A DNA stretch of 64,000 nucleotides. Origin: Gammaproteobacteria bacterium (GTDB lineage: Bacteria; Pseudomonadota; Gammaproteobacteria; Eutrophobiales; Eutrophobiaceae). Shown piece by piece: positions 13,246 through 24,163 of this stretch. The stretch lies in NCBI GenBank assembly GCA_965238225.1, contig OZ250183.1:832001-896000 (forward strand), given 5' to 3'. The notes under the pieces are model-generated. The model saw only the letters and a program-made list of their open reading frames with translations. It was not told where the DNA came from and did no database searches. The number at the start of each line of letters is the position of its first letter. The first letter of the stretch is position 1. The position numbers were made by a program, and so were the translations under genes.

Positions 13246-13757
13246 TAATGAAGTAATGAATGCGTATGATATTGCGCTAAAAGACCCCTGCCATTTAAAT
13301 CGTCAAGTTCAACAAGGAATGCGCATGCAGAAATTTCCGCGCCCAGTTTTTCTATCAAATGACAACTAGCAGAGGCGGTACCGCCTGTTGCGATTAAATC
13401 ATCAACCAGCAAGACTTTATCATGACTGTCTAAAGCATCTGTGTGGATTTCTAGCGATGCTGAGCCATATTCAAGCTTATAGGAGGCGGTTTTTGTGTCG
13501 CAGGGTAATTTACCGGGTTTGCGTAACGGCACAAAGCCAACGTCCAACACCCATGCAGCAAGGCTGCCAAATATAAAGCCTCTTGCCTCAATACCAGCAA
13601 CGGCAGTAATGTCTGTATCAAGGAACGGCTGTGTCAGTTGATTGATGGCAAGGCGTAACATTGCCGGGTTTTTGATGAGCGGCGTGATATCTCTAAATTG
13701 TATGCCTAGCTTGGGGAAATCAGGAATATTGCGAATATGATCTTTTAGTTGTTCCAT
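13242..13757 (-). CDS. apt: Adenine phosphoribosyltransferase
   Basis: PDFPKxGIQFRDITP, EARGFIFG, RKPGKLP, LEYG, VDDLIATGGT. Confidence 0.97.
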   Translation of the reverse strand: MEQLKDHIRNIPDFPKLGIQFRDITPLIKNPAMLRLAINQLTQPFLDTDITAVAGIEARGFIFGSLAAWVLDVGFVPLRKPGKLPCDTKTASYKLEYGSASLEIHTDALDSHDKVLLVDDLIATGGTASASCHLIEKLGAEISACAFLVELDDLNGRGLLAQYHTHSLLHY

Positions 13758-13840
13758 TCAGTAGCCTCAAATGATATAAATTTTTTTTGCATTATCTTTT
13801 TGTATTTATCTTTGATTCGGATTTAAGGTTTTTGCAGGTT

Positions 13841-16033
13841 TCATGAATCTTTGATCCAGCTTGAATCTCCATCTTTTGCCTGTTTTACTATTTGTGTTAG
13901 CGTAACGTAATCCGTTTTTCCTGTACCCAGAACAGGCAGCCCCTTAGACAACAATATCTTTTTTGGCAAAAATAATTCACTATGGTTGTTTTCTTTTATG
14001 TGTGTTTGAAAATGTTTCCTGAGCGCATCTTTGTTGTCTGTAATCAGGATAATTTTCTCACCTTTTTTATCATCTGAAAGACTGCAGGCAGCATGGTTAA
14101 ATCCTGGCCATATTTGTGTCGCTAATTCTTCGATCGCAGTGAGCGAAATCATTTCTCCCCCTATTTTTGCAAAACGCTTTGTTCTGCCTATGATATAAAG
14201 GTATCCATCTTCATCGATACGGGCTATATCGCCTGTGTCGTACCATCCACGGCCACGGTAAGATTGAGGAGCTTGTATTTCACCATCTGATTCTGCAAGT
14301 AAATAACCGAGCATCACATTCGGCCCTTTAACAAAAAGTTTCCCGCCTTCTTCAATTCCTTCTACCGGATCTAGGTAATATTCCATTTTAGAAACCAAAC
14401 GGCCAACAGAACCAAGCTTGTTTTGCATGGGGGTATTGACGGAAATTACCGGGCTTGTCTCTGTGACACCGTACCCTTGATAAATGCGGATACCAAATTT
14501 TTCCATCCAGATTTTTTGTGTCTCATCATGCAATCTTTCAGCCCCCGCCACAGCGTAGCGTAAAGTACGAAAGTCGTACGGATGGGCATGATGTGCATAA
14601 CCTCTAAAAAAGGTATTTGATCCAAATAAAATGGTTGCTTGGAGTTCATAGACCAGCTCAGGAATAATTCGGTAATGCAATGGCGTTGGGTAGAGAAATA
14701 TTTTACTGCCACCAAGGAGCGGCATAAGGAAACCAGCGTTAAAGCCAAATGAATGAAACAGTGGCAAGCATGAAAAAATTATATCTTGAGGTCTAAAATC
14801 AATGTGACAACTGACTTGGGCATAATTTGCAAGGACGTTTTTATGCGAAAGGACAACACCTTTAGGCGAACCTTCAGAACCAGAAGTAAAAAGGATGACT
14901 CCAGGGCTATCAGGAGAGATATCTTTTGATAAACGACGGTAATGGGCTTGTGGGTAAAAACTTCTTATTAATCCTGTTAATTTATCAAAGATCGAGATAT
15001 GAGCACCCAAGTCTTCTAAATAAACCAAATGTATTTTTTCTTCAAGTGCGGTTGCCAGATCTTCCAGTTTGGCATTCTCAATAAATTTTCTGGAGGTATA
15101 AACCGTTTTTATCTTGGCTGTTTCACAAGCACGGATAGCGACTTGAGCTCCCGATGTGAAGTTTATCATTGCCGGGACGCGCATCGCATATTGTACTGCG
15201 AGGAACGTTACCAAGGTTGTAGTCACATTGGGCAGCATAATACCGATATGCTCATTTGTATCTGTTTGTTTATACAAGGTATTGCCAAGTATCATTGCTT
15301 TTGTGATGAGCTTTTTATACGAAATTGGTTGGCGATTGATATCTTCAATAACTAACCGGTTTCCCCCATAACGTTCGGCAGCATTTAACATTGCACTGAA
15401 GATGGTAGTGCGATGATTGAAAGAATTGTAAGTCAGCAAGTACATGATGTCCTGCATCCATATGGCCGCACGTTTTCTACGATCATGTCCGCAAATGTTG
15501 TCGTCAATATTAAATTTTACAGGTGCAAGTATGGTCAATGTGATACGAGGAAAGTAAACGACAAACCCTTGTTTTTTTAAATACGAGAACGGAGAAAATT
15601 TTGCACCATCTATTGCAACAGGCAATACGGCGGCACCAGATTTATCTGCAATCAACCCTGAACCTTCGTATATCTTCATTAAAGAACCAGTAGTTGTGAT
15701 TCTCCCCTCAGGGAAAATAACGGCTTTTTTATCCTGGCAGAGAAATTTGACCATGGATTTTATCGACAAGGGGTTCATTGGATCCATGATGAATAGATCA
15801 GCAAAATTCTGGCAAAACCTGAGTGATTTTCTGCTGGCGATACGTGTATTAATTGCAAAAGTCGGAGTTTCAGGCAACCACGCGTAGAATAATATTCCAT
15901 CAAGGAGTGATGTGTGATTTGCAACTATCAAGACACGGTTTCCTGCTGCCTCGTAGTGTTCCATGCCAGTGACTTCAACGCGATATAAAAACCTGAGAAG
16001 ACCACGGAGGAAGAACTTAAAAAGTTTAACCAT
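13841..16033 (-). CDS. aas: Bifunctional 2-acylglycerophosphoethanolamine acyltransferase / acyl-ACP synthetase
   Basis: NHTSLLD and FPEGR (PlsC domain) plus FTSGSEGSPKGV, GYGVTE, WYDTGDI (AMP-binding domain). Confidence 0.92.
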   Translation of the reverse strand: MVKLFKFFLRGLLRFLYRVEVTGMEHYEAAGNRVLIVANHTSLLDGILFYAWLPETPTFAINTRIASRKSLRFCQNFADLFIMDPMNPLSIKSMVKFLCQDKKAVIFPEGRITTTGSLMKIYEGSGLIADKSGAAVLPVAIDGAKFSPFSYLKKQGFVVYFPRITLTILAPVKFNIDDNICGHDRRKRAAIWMQDIMYLLTYNSFNHRTTIFSAMLNAAERYGGNRLVIEDINRQPISYKKLITKAMILGNTLYKQTDTNEHIGIMLPNVTTTLVTFLAVQYAMRVPAMINFTSGAQVAIRACETAKIKTVYTSRKFIENAKLEDLATALEEKIHLVYLEDLGAHISIFDKLTGLIRSFYPQAHYRRLSKDISPDSPGVILFTSGSEGSPKGVVLSHKNVLANYAQVSCHIDFRPQDIIFSCLPLFHSFGFNAGFLMPLLGGSKIFLYPTPLHYRIIPELVYELQATILFGSNTFFRGYAHHAHPYDFRTLRYAVAGAERLHDETQKIWMEKFGIRIYQGYGVTETSPVISVNTPMQNKLGSVGRLVSKMEYYLDPVEGIEEGGKLFVKGPNVMLGYLLAESDGEIQAPQSYRGRGWYDTGDIARIDEDGYLYIIGRTKRFAKIGGEMISLTAIEELATQIWPGFNHAACSLSDDKKGEKIILITDNKDALRKHFQTHIKENNHSELFLPKKILLSKGLPVLGTGKTDYVTLTQIVKQAKDGDSSWIKDS

Positions 16034-16056
16034 GAGGTACAAATGAGATTGAAATT

Positions 16057-17706
16057 TTACGCGCCTTTAGGTGATGTTCCTGTGTAGATATTCAGGAGTT
16101 GGCCTGGTTTTATGTAGCGTTTTTCCGCCAGACTGTTCCATTCTTTGATTTGACGTATTGAAACACCGAAGCGTTTGGAAATTAGCCATAGCGAATCACC
16201 TTGCAAAACCTGATAACTGACATGTTGTGCGTTATCGGTATCTGTTTTTATGGAACTAAGCAGCGTTTTTTTTGCAATTTTATTTGTTTCACCGTCAATC
16301 CATACCTCTAGTTTCTTGCCGGGCAGCAATATTGATTTACTCGAGATAGCATTCCAAGCACAGAGCTCTTTTACGCTAACGCCATAATGTTGGCCAATAT
16401 CCCATAAACTGTCACCACGTTTTGTTGTGTAGATATAACGCGTGCCATCACCGGTATATTTAAGACCCTTATAGCGACGAGCGTCTAGACTCAGGCTGTA
16501 ATATTTTAAAGGTTTCTGTGCAGTCGGGATTAAAAGTGGGTGTCCGGCATGAATAGTATTGCTCTTAAGGCGGTTTATCTGTTTTAGTGTTGCAATACTT
16601 GTTTTATAGCGTGCCGCGATAAGGCTTAGAGACTCGCCTTTTTTAATTTTGTGTTGCTGCCAATTAATGCGATCATTAGGTGAGATTGAGGCAAGCTTAT
16701 TCTCGAATGCAGAGGCTTTATTAACGGGGATGAGTAAACGGTGAGGACCTTTTGGGTGAGTGGCCCATCGATTAAAACCCGAGTTTAATGTATAGAGTTC
16801 TTCAATTGATAGTTCGGCAAGCTCTGCTGCTATTGCAAGATCAATTTGACTTTTGGTATCTATTATTTCGAAATATTGGGTATTGGCGATTGGTTTGAGC
16901 GTAATTTTATATTTACTCGGATCGGAAACGATTTCAGCAGCGGCAAGTAAGCTCGGGACATACCCACGCGTTTCTCTTGGTAATCTTAATGAAAAAAAAT
17001 CAATTGCTTTACCAGCTTTCTTATTACGTTTTATGGCTCGCGCAACATTTCCTTCACCGTAGTTGTAAGCTGCGAGTGCCAACAACCAGTCATCGTTAAA
17101 TTCCTTATGGAGTTTCTGCAGGTAATTCAAGGCCGCATCTGTTGCAGCGATAATATCTCTACGCCCGTCATACCACCAGTTTTGTTTTAAGCCATAATTT
17201 TTCCCAGTAGCAGGGATAAATTGCCATATTCCTGAGGCGTGGCTAGGGGAATAAGCGAATGGGTAGTATGCGCTTTCAACAACGGGTAAGAGTGCAATAT
17301 CCAGAGGCATATCCCGTTTTTCAAGTTCCTCAACGATATAATAGAGGTATGGTGAGGCGCGTTCTGATACTCGGTCAAGATACGCCTGATTTCTAACATA
17401 CCAAGCAAGCTTGTCTGCAGTGGTTTTTTTTGAGATATCTCTTTTTAGTCGTAACCCCGCTGCAATACGCCTCCACGTGTCAATCTCTTTGCCAGCAAGC
17501 TTATTTTTTCCAGAGCTTGTGGTAATTGATAATCTTGGATTTTTTCCAATATGTGTATTTATATTCTGACCTTGAGTTCCGGTCTTGGTGTTGGCATCTG
17601 CCAGAGATTTAGAAGCAATATTAGCCTTATCATGATGTGATGTGAGATTACATGCACTGAGGAAAAAGATTGCAAGAAGAAAGTACGCAGTGGATGATTT
17701 TCTCAT
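16057..17706 (-). CDS. mltD: Membrane-bound lytic murein transglycosylase D with LysM domains
   Basis: Lipobox LSAC, LLPVVESAY, GIWQFIP, WYDGRRD, ALAAYN, ETRGYVP, three LysM repeats. Confidence 0.93.
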   Translation of the reverse strand: MRKSSTAYFLLAIFFLSACNLTSHHDKANIASKSLADANTKTGTQGQNINTHIGKNPRLSITTSSGKNKLAGKEIDTWRRIAAGLRLKRDISKKTTADKLAWYVRNQAYLDRVSERASPYLYYIVEELEKRDMPLDIALLPVVESAYYPFAYSPSHASGIWQFIPATGKNYGLKQNWWYDGRRDIIAATDAALNYLQKLHKEFNDDWLLALAAYNYGEGNVARAIKRNKKAGKAIDFFSLRLPRETRGYVPSLLAAAEIVSDPSKYKITLKPIANTQYFEIIDTKSQIDLAIAAELAELSIEELYTLNSGFNRWATHPKGPHRLLIPVNKASAFENKLASISPNDRINWQQHKIKKGESLSLIAARYKTSIATLKQINRLKSNTIHAGHPLLIPTAQKPLKYYSLSLDARRYKGLKYTGDGTRYIYTTKRGDSLWDIGQHYGVSVKELCAWNAISSKSILLPGKKLEVWIDGETNKIAKKTLLSSIKTDTDNAQHVSYQVLQGDSLWLISKRFGVSIRQIKEWNSLAEKRYIKPGQLLNIYTGTSPKGA

Positions 17707-17844
17707 TGCGCAATGCTAGGGCTGAGAAGCTAATTGGTCAAGCAAAAACATCTATGTTAGAGGTGTTTTTTTATTATGTTAAGCTCTGGTTGGGTTGATT
17801 ATTAGAAATAACCATCTTAATTGAGTATGACTTTAGTAATGAAT

Positions 17845-18327
17845 ATGAGCAATGAAATAACAAAGACGAATAAGCAGGTTGAAATATTTACTGATGGTGC
17901 TTGTCGCGGTAATCCTGGCCCGGGGGGGTGGGGGGTGTTGCTGCGCTTTCAGGAAAAAGAAAAAACATTGTATGGCGGCGAGCTTGAAACGACAAACAAT
18001 AGAATGGAACTAACAGCCGTAATTATCGGACTAGAATCACTCAGCGAACCTTGCAATGTTATTTTAACAACTGATTCAAAATATGTTATGAATGGCATTA
18101 CAGATTGGATCGAGGGCTGGAAGAAAAGACAATGGAAAACAGCAGCAAAAAGGCCTGTCAAGAATGAGGGTTTGTGGCGACGTTTGGATACAGTTAGGAA
18201 TCAACATCAAATAAATTGGCGATGGGTAAAAGGTCATAGTGGCCATCGTGAAAATGAATTGGCGGATGCCCTTGCAAATAAAGGAGTAAATGAATTGCAA
18301 TTAGAAAACAACAAAGGCAAATTCTGA
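17845..18327 (+). CDS. rnhA: Ribonuclease HI
   Basis: [30 protein letters not shown]. Start codon uncertain. Confidence 0.96.
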   Translation: MSNEITKTNKQVEIFTDGACRGNPGPGGWGVLLRFQEKEKTLYGGELETTNNRMELTAVIIGLESLSEPCNVILTTDSKYVMNGITDWIEGWKKRQWKTAAKRPVKNEGLWRRLDTVRNQHQINWRWVKGHSGHRENELADALANKGVNELQLENNKGKF

Positions 18328-18363
18328 ATATGTCACAGCAAACTTTTAAGGAGTCATTCTGGT

Positions 18364-19089
18364 ATGCGTCAGATAGTACTTGATACCGAAACAACGGGCT
18401 TAGAGCCAAAACAGGGTCACCGTATTATTGAGATTGGTTGTGTCGAATTGACTAATCGTCGCAAGACCGGCAATCATTATCAACAGTATTTAAATCCCGG
18501 GCGTGAGATTGAAGATGGTGCTTATGATGTGCATGGTATTAGCGATGCTTTTTTAAAAGACAAACCGATTTTTGCCGATGCTGCCCAGGAATTTATTAAT
18601 TTTATTAAAGATAGTGAGCTGATTATCCATAATGCACCATTTGACCTTGGTTTTATTAATGCAGAATTGAAAAAATTGGGTCGCAAATGGGGTAAAATTG
18701 AAGACTATTGCATCGTTATCGATACCTTGGTTATAGCCAGAAAGATGCATCCTGGGCAAAAAAATAGTCTTGATGCACTTTGCAAAAGATATGAAATAGA
18801 TAATTCGCACCGCGATGTTCACGGCGCGTTGCTGGATGCGCAGATTCTATCAGATGTGTATCTGGCGATGACGGGCGGACAAACAGATCTTTTGCTGCAT
18901 GATAATGAGCCAAGTTACAGCCAAAATCCTGATAAAGTGAGGCAGCTTTCCGAGGATCGACCAAAATTACGCATCATCACCCCGACTTGCGAAGAACTGG
19001 AAGCCCATTTTAAGAAACTTGAAGCAGTGGACAAAGAAAGCAACGGGCATTGCTTATGGAAAAATGCTAAGGGGCAGTTTGATGGTTAA
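18364..19089 (+). CDS. dnaQ: DNA polymerase III epsilon subunit
   Basis: MRQIVLDTETTG, HNAPFD, HGALLDA, MTGGQ. Confidence 0.97.
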   Translation: MRQIVLDTETTGLEPKQGHRIIEIGCVELTNRRKTGNHYQQYLNPGREIEDGAYDVHGISDAFLKDKPIFADAAQEFINFIKDSELIIHNAPFDLGFINAELKKLGRKWGKIEDYCIVIDTLVIARKMHPGQKNSLDALCKRYEIDNSHRDVHGALLDAQILSDVYLAMTGGQTDLLLHDNEPSYSQNPDKVRQLSEDRPKLRIITPTCEELEAHFKKLEAVDKESNGHCLWKNAKGQFDG

Positions 19090-19238
19090 TTTTATTTAAG
19101 CTTGGTATTGGCATGGAACGATGATGCTGTAGCGTGATTATTGCCTCCTTAATTCTGTATTTTTCCAAAAAAATACTCACCCAAAAAAACATCATCCCAA
19201 AAATATCATTAATTAATCCATCAATCTCCAATGTTGAA

Positions 19239-19553
19239 TCAATCTGTGGCGGTGTCGATCATTACTTGTAATTCCCCTTTTTGAAATAAATCCATGACAA
19301 TGTCGCAACCGCCGATCAACTCACCTTTGACAAATAATTGTGGAAATGTAGGCCAGTTAGAATATTGTGGCAAGTCAGAGCGGATTTCTGGTTCGGCAAG
19401 GACATCAATGTATGTAAAATCTGCATTACAGGCTTTCAATGCTTCCGATGTGCGTTTGGAGAAGCCACATTGCGGCGCCTCTGGAGAACCCTTCATGAAA
19501 ATAATGATATCATTATTTTCAATTACATTTTTGATGCGTTCTTGTGTATCCAT
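19239..19553 (-). CDS. grxD: Monothiol glutaredoxin Grx4
   Basis: FMKG...PQCGFS, WPTFPQL, GGCD. Confidence 0.96.
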   Translation of the reverse strand: MDTQERIKNVIENNDIIIFMKGSPEAPQCGFSKRTSEALKACNADFTYIDVLAEPEIRSDLPQYSNWPTFPQLFVKGELIGGCDIVMDLFQKGELQVMIDTATD

Positions 19554-19790
19554 CTTCTTACAAGCTCCTCAATAAGGAAGATTAATTAATTCGGCGAACA
19601 TTATAGCATGTTAAATATTTTATTTTTTAAACATCAATATCTAAAACACTTAAAAAATTCGGCATTAATTTAGCGCCAGTCATCACGATAGGATTCTGTT
19701 GAATTTTGTCGAATTAAAAGATGAAAGTCAGTAGTTACTCACGTATAATTCGCACGAATTTTTTAATTTATATTGTTATGGAGAATTTAC

Positions 19791-20378
19791 ATGAATCCAC
19801 TTAAATCAGTGAATGGCACGATAATCCTAGGTTTTATTACTGCGTTTGTGATTATATTAGCGGTCGGGGTCGGTGAACTAAATATATGGTCTCTCCTTGT
19901 TTGGCTGCATGTTTTTTTTGGCATTATCTGGATAGGCTTGCTTTATTACTTCAACTTCGTGCAAGTGCCTGCTGTGGGCGCAGCTTTGGCTGATGAAGGC
20001 GGTCCTGGTCCCGCTGCAATTAACAAATATATTGCGCCACGTGCGCTGTGGTGGTTTAGGTGGGGCGCATTACTCACATGGTTAAGTGGCGCTGTCGCAT
20101 TGGAGGTATCGGGAATCGGTTTAAAAGATGCCTTCACCCTGTATGGTGACGCGCAAGTTATTGGTATAGGTGCATGGTTAGGAACCATTATGTTGTTTAA
20201 TGTTTGGGTTTTAATTTGGCCAAACCAGAAGAAAATATTAGGTATTGTCGAAGCCAGCGCCGATGAAATTGCAAAAGGCAAAATGGTGGCATTGATGGCA
20301 TCAAGAACCAATACGCTTTTATCCATACCTATGATTATGTGCATGGTGGGCTATGGTCATGGTGGCCTTCCTTTCTAG
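19791..20378 (+). CDS. Urate hydroxylase PuuD-like (Urate_ox_N) membrane protein
   Basis: WLHVFFGIIWIGLLYYFNFVQ, ALWWFRW, MLFNVW..IWPNQKK, SRTNT. Confidence 0.8.
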   Translation: MNPLKSVNGTIILGFITAFVIILAVGVGELNIWSLLVWLHVFFGIIWIGLLYYFNFVQVPAVGAALADEGGPGPAAINKYIAPRALWWFRWGALLTWLSGAVALEVSGIGLKDAFTLYGDAQVIGIGAWLGTIMLFNVWVLIWPNQKKILGIVEASADEIAKGKMVALMASRTNTLLSIPMIMCMVGYGHGGLPF

Positions 20379-20416
20379 TAGAAAAAAGTCTATTTTTTCA
20401 CAAAATTTGTTTTCTA

Positions 20417-20441
20417 AAATCCGGTCTGACTGACCGGATTT
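20417..20441 (+). terminator. Putative terminator hairpin
   Basis: AAATCCGGTC-TGACT-GACCGGATTT. Confidence 0.5.
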
Positions 20442-20557
20442 GCCGTTTAGAGCATTGCGATTTTTAATGATTAAGTTCTTAATTACTCATACATAACTTT
20501 GCGGTAAAGAGACCTTAGCCAATAATATTTAGTTTATTTTTTATAAGAAATTAGTTA

Positions 20558-21760
20558 GTGATGTCACAAAGCCGAGTAGATATTTTGGATAATGCTTTAA
20601 TGTCGAGTTATGAACCTCTGCCCATCGCATTTGAACGTGGGTCAGGTGTCTGGCTGACTTCCCAAGATGGAAAGCAATATCTGGATGCCTTAAGTGGTAT
20701 TGCCGTATGTGGACTCGGTCATGCACATCCTGATGTGGTGCAGGCAATTACAGACCAAGCTGGTAAGTTGTCACATACCTCAAACCTTTATCATATTCCT
20801 TTGCAAGAGGCGCTTGCTGCGCGTCTTACATCGCTTGCTGGAATGGACAAAGTATTTTTCGCAAATTCTGGTGCAGAGGCGAATGAAGCAGCAATCAAGA
20901 TTGCTCGCTTATACGGATGTAATCAAGGAATTGACCATCCAGTCATTATCACAGCGACAAATAGCTTTCATGGCCGAACCATGGCAACCCTTAGTGCTAC
21001 AGGAAATCCCAAGGTGCAAGATGGTTTTAAACCATTGGTCGAAAAATTCGCACATGTTCCCTATAACGACATAGAGGCACTAAATAACAGCACTGTAGAT
21101 AAAAATGTAGTTGCGGTGCTATTGGAACCAATACAGGGTGAAGGGGGTATTATTATTCCAGATCAAGCTTACTTGAAAAACGTACGGAATATCTGCGATC
21201 GAAATAATTGCTTGTTGATTCTAGATGAGATTCAAACAGGCATGTGCCGGACGGGCGCATGGTTTGCCTTTCAACATGAAAATATAAGGCCTGATATAAT
21301 GACTTTAGCCAAGGCCTTGGGAAACGGCATGCCAATAGGCGCATGTCTTGCCAGAGGGGTGGCAGCTCAATTGATTCAGCCAGGAAATCATGGCTCGACG
21401 TTTGGCGGTAACCCTCTGGCCTCACGTGCAGGTCTGGCAGTAATCGATATTTTGTCAAAACAAAAATTACACGAGAATGCAGCAAAACTTGGCGCAGAAA
21501 TGTTGGCATCTTTAAAAAACGGGCTTAATGAAATAGAGGGTGTAGTGTCGATTCGAGGCAAAGGTTTGATGATAGGAGTCGAATTAGACAAAGACTGCAC
21601 TCATTTGGTCACTATGGCGCTGGAAGAACGCCTTTTGATTAACGTCACATCCGAGAATGTTATTCGCTTGTTACCACCGTTAATTATTGATGAGGATATT
21701 GCACAACAAATTGTTGAAAAGGTCATTCGCATCGTCAAAATATTTTTACAACAGGCGTAG
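20558..21760 (+). CDS. argD: Acetylornithine aminotransferase
   Basis: NSGAEANEAAIK, FHGRT, EPIQGEGG, DEIQTG, LAKALG, HGSTFGGNP. Upstream of argF. Confidence 0.95.
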   Translation: MMSQSRVDILDNALMSSYEPLPIAFERGSGVWLTSQDGKQYLDALSGIAVCGLGHAHPDVVQAITDQAGKLSHTSNLYHIPLQEALAARLTSLAGMDKVFFANSGAEANEAAIKIARLYGCNQGIDHPVIITATNSFHGRTMATLSATGNPKVQDGFKPLVEKFAHVPYNDIEALNNSTVDKNVVAVLLEPIQGEGGIIIPDQAYLKNVRNICDRNNCLLILDEIQTGMCRTGAWFAFQHENIRPDIMTLAKALGNGMPIGACLARGVAAQLIQPGNHGSTFGGNPLASRAGLAVIDILSKQKLHENAAKLGAEMLASLKNGLNEIEGVVSIRGKGLMIGVELDKDCTHLVTMALEERLLINVTSENVIRLLPPLIIDEDIAQQIVEKVIRIVKIFLQQA

Positions 21761-21777
21761 TCGAACAGGAGTAATTT

Positions 21778-22680
21778 ATGAGCCTGCGACATTTTCTTAA
21801 CTTGACAGATTTGAATGCCAGTGAATTACAGGGTTTGGTAAAACGGGGCATTGAAATTAAGTCAGATTTAAAAAAAGGAGTGTTGCATCAGCCATTGAAA
21901 GGCAAGGTATTGGCGATGATATTTGAGAAATCATCGACACGTACACGCGTATCTTTTGAAGCTGGTATGGCACAGCTTGGCGGTCATGCAATTTTTATGT
22001 CTCCTGATGGCGCTCAATTTGGACGTGGTGAGCCTATTGAAGATACCGCTCGCGTACTATCTGGCATGGCAGATGCCATCATGATCCGTACGTTTGAACA
22101 GGAAAAAATCGAGCGCTTGGCAAGTTATGCGAGTGTGCCGGTTATAAATGGCCTGTCAGATACTTATCATCCCTGTCAGTTGTTGGCCGATATGCAAACC
22201 TATTATGAACATAGGGGTTCAATCGAAAACAAGACAGTTGTCTGGTTAGGGGATGGCAACAATATGTGTCACTCCTATATCAATGCTGCACGGTTGTATG
22301 GCTTTAATTTTCGCTATGTTTGTCCTGAAGGTTATTTGCCTGATGAAGCTATTGTGAGTTCGGCAATTGATCACGTTGAATATTTTCCTGATGCAAAAGC
22401 TGCGGTCAAAGATGCCGACCTTGTGGTGACAGATGTCTGGGCGAGCATGGGCCAAGAAGCAGAAGCTCGTGAACGAGTCAATTTTTTTGCACCCTATCAA
22501 GTCAATACAGAATTGATGACCATTGCCCATAATGCATTGTTTATGCATTGTTTGCCTGCGCACAGAGGGGAAGAAGTCACTGCTGATGTCATTGATGGTG
22601 AGCAAAGTGTGGTTTGGGATGAGGCAGAAAACCGATTGCATGCTCAGAAAGCATTGCTGGAATTTTTACTCATAAAGTAG
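21778..22680 (+). CDS. argF: Ornithine carbamoyltransferase
   Basis: [23 protein letters not shown]. Confidence 0.97.
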   Translation: MSLRHFLNLTDLNASELQGLVKRGIEIKSDLKKGVLHQPLKGKVLAMIFEKSSTRTRVSFEAGMAQLGGHAIFMSPDGAQFGRGEPIEDTARVLSGMADAIMIRTFEQEKIERLASYASVPVINGLSDTYHPCQLLADMQTYYEHRGSIENKTVVWLGDGNNMCHSYINAARLYGFNFRYVCPEGYLPDEAIVSSAIDHVEYFPDAKAAVKDADLVVTDVWASMGQEAEARERVNFFAPYQVNTELMTIAHNALFMHCLPAHRGEEVTADVIDGEQSVVWDEAENRLHAQKALLEFLLIK

Positions 22681-22689
22681 CTGCTAGGC

Positions 22690-23466
22690 ATGCGCTATCT
22701 ATTAAGTAATGATGATGGTTATCAGGCGATAGGCCTAACAATGCTCGCAGAAGTGCTTAAAGAGTTAGGCGAGGTCATCGTTGTTGCGCCAGAGCGCAAT
22801 AGAAGTGGCGCCAGTAACTCACTAACACTTGATGCCCCCCTCTATGTGCATACAGCTGATAATGGCTTTATTTGCGTAAATGGGACTCCGGCAGACTGCG
22901 TGCACTTGGCCATTACGGGGTTACTTGAAGAGGAGCCAGATATGGTCATAAGCGGAATCAATGCCGGCGCAAATCTGGGTGATGATGTCTTGTACTCAGG
23001 AACAGTGGCAGCTGCAATGGAAGCAAGGTTTTTAGGTTGCCCTGCAATTGCTGTCTCTCTGGCAAGTAAGGGGGATCCTGTTCATTTTGATACCGCCGTC
23101 AGGGTAATTTTGGAAATAATCAAATCATTGCCAAACCAGAATTTTGAAACTGAATTGTTATTGAATGTGAATGTGCCAGACATACCCTATAAGGAGATTG
23201 GTATCTTTGAGGTGACACGCCTTGGCAACAGACACAAACCAGAACCAGCAGTGAAATCTAAAGACCCTAGGGGACAGACTATTTTTTGGGTAGGGTCAGT
23301 GGGTTCAGAACAGGATGCAGGGCCAGGAACGGATTTTCATGCAATTAACAATAACAATGTATCAGTTACACCATTACAAGCTGATTTAACAAAATATAGC
23401 GTTATTGAGGACGTGACTCGGTGGCTTGGCGAAAGACTTAATAAAAGCTTAAAGGATACGCTATGA
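22690..23466 (+). CDS. surE: 5'/3'-nucleotidase SurE
   Basis: [28 protein letters not shown]. Confidence 0.97.
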   Translation: MRYLLSNDDGYQAIGLTMLAEVLKELGEVIVVAPERNRSGASNSLTLDAPLYVHTADNGFICVNGTPADCVHLAITGLLEEEPDMVISGINAGANLGDDVLYSGTVAAAMEARFLGCPAIAVSLASKGDPVHFDTAVRVILEIIKSLPNQNFETELLLNVNVPDIPYKEIGIFEVTRLGNRHKPEPAVKSKDPRGQTIFWVGSVGSEQDAGPGTDFHAINNNNVSVTPLQADLTKYSVIEDVTRWLGERLNKSLKDTL

Positions 23467-24125
23467 AAATCGATCTACAAGGTATAGGTATGACCTCTCA
23501 GAGAACACGCTTCAAACTTATTACCAAGCTTAGAGAAATGGGCATTGTTTCTGAAGATATATTGTCTGTGATTATGAACACACCCAGACACATATTTGTA
23601 GATGAAGCACTGGCCAGCAGGGCTTATGAAAATATTGCATTGCCTATAGGTTATAATCAGACAATTTCTCAACCCTATATCGTCGCAAGAATGATTGAAG
23701 TTCTTTTGTCCGCAGGGGGTATTAAAAATGTCCTAGAGGTAGGTACAGGTTGCGGTTATCAGACCGCCATCCTGGCGCAATTGGTGCGCCGTGTTTACAG
23801 TATTGAGCGGATTGATGCTTTGCTGAAAAAGGCACGCCAGAAATTACATTTGCTTCAATGCAGTCATGTCCGGGTAAAATATGGTGATGGCAATATGGGC
23901 TGGCCTCAGTATGCACCATTTGACGGCATTATCGTTTCTGCAGCACCGACGGGAGTCCCTGAAATTTTACCGGAACAATTAGCTATGAATGGCCGTATGG
24001 TCATACCTGTTGGTTCGCTTGGTAAGCAGCAGTTATTGTTAATTACTCGAAGAGAAACTGGTTTTGAAGAAGAGCGTCTCGACATGGTGAGTTTTGTGCC
24101 CATGTTGGAGGGCATTATTGGTTGA
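23463..24125 (+). CDS. pcm: Protein-L-isoaspartate O-methyltransferase
   Basis: [35 protein letters not shown]. Confidence 0.97.
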   Translation: MKIDLQGIGMTSQRTRFKLITKLREMGIVSEDILSVIMNTPRHIFVDEALASRAYENIALPIGYNQTISQPYIVARMIEVLLSAGGIKNVLEVGTGCGYQTAILAQLVRRVYSIERIDALLKKARQKLHLLQCSHVRVKYGDGNMGWPQYAPFDGIIVSAAPTGVPEILPEQLAMNGRMVIPVGSLGKQQLLLITRRETGFEEERLDMVSFVPMLEGIIG

Positions 24126-24163
24126 GGAAACCTGACTCAGACAACATTATCGGGAAAAAATCA

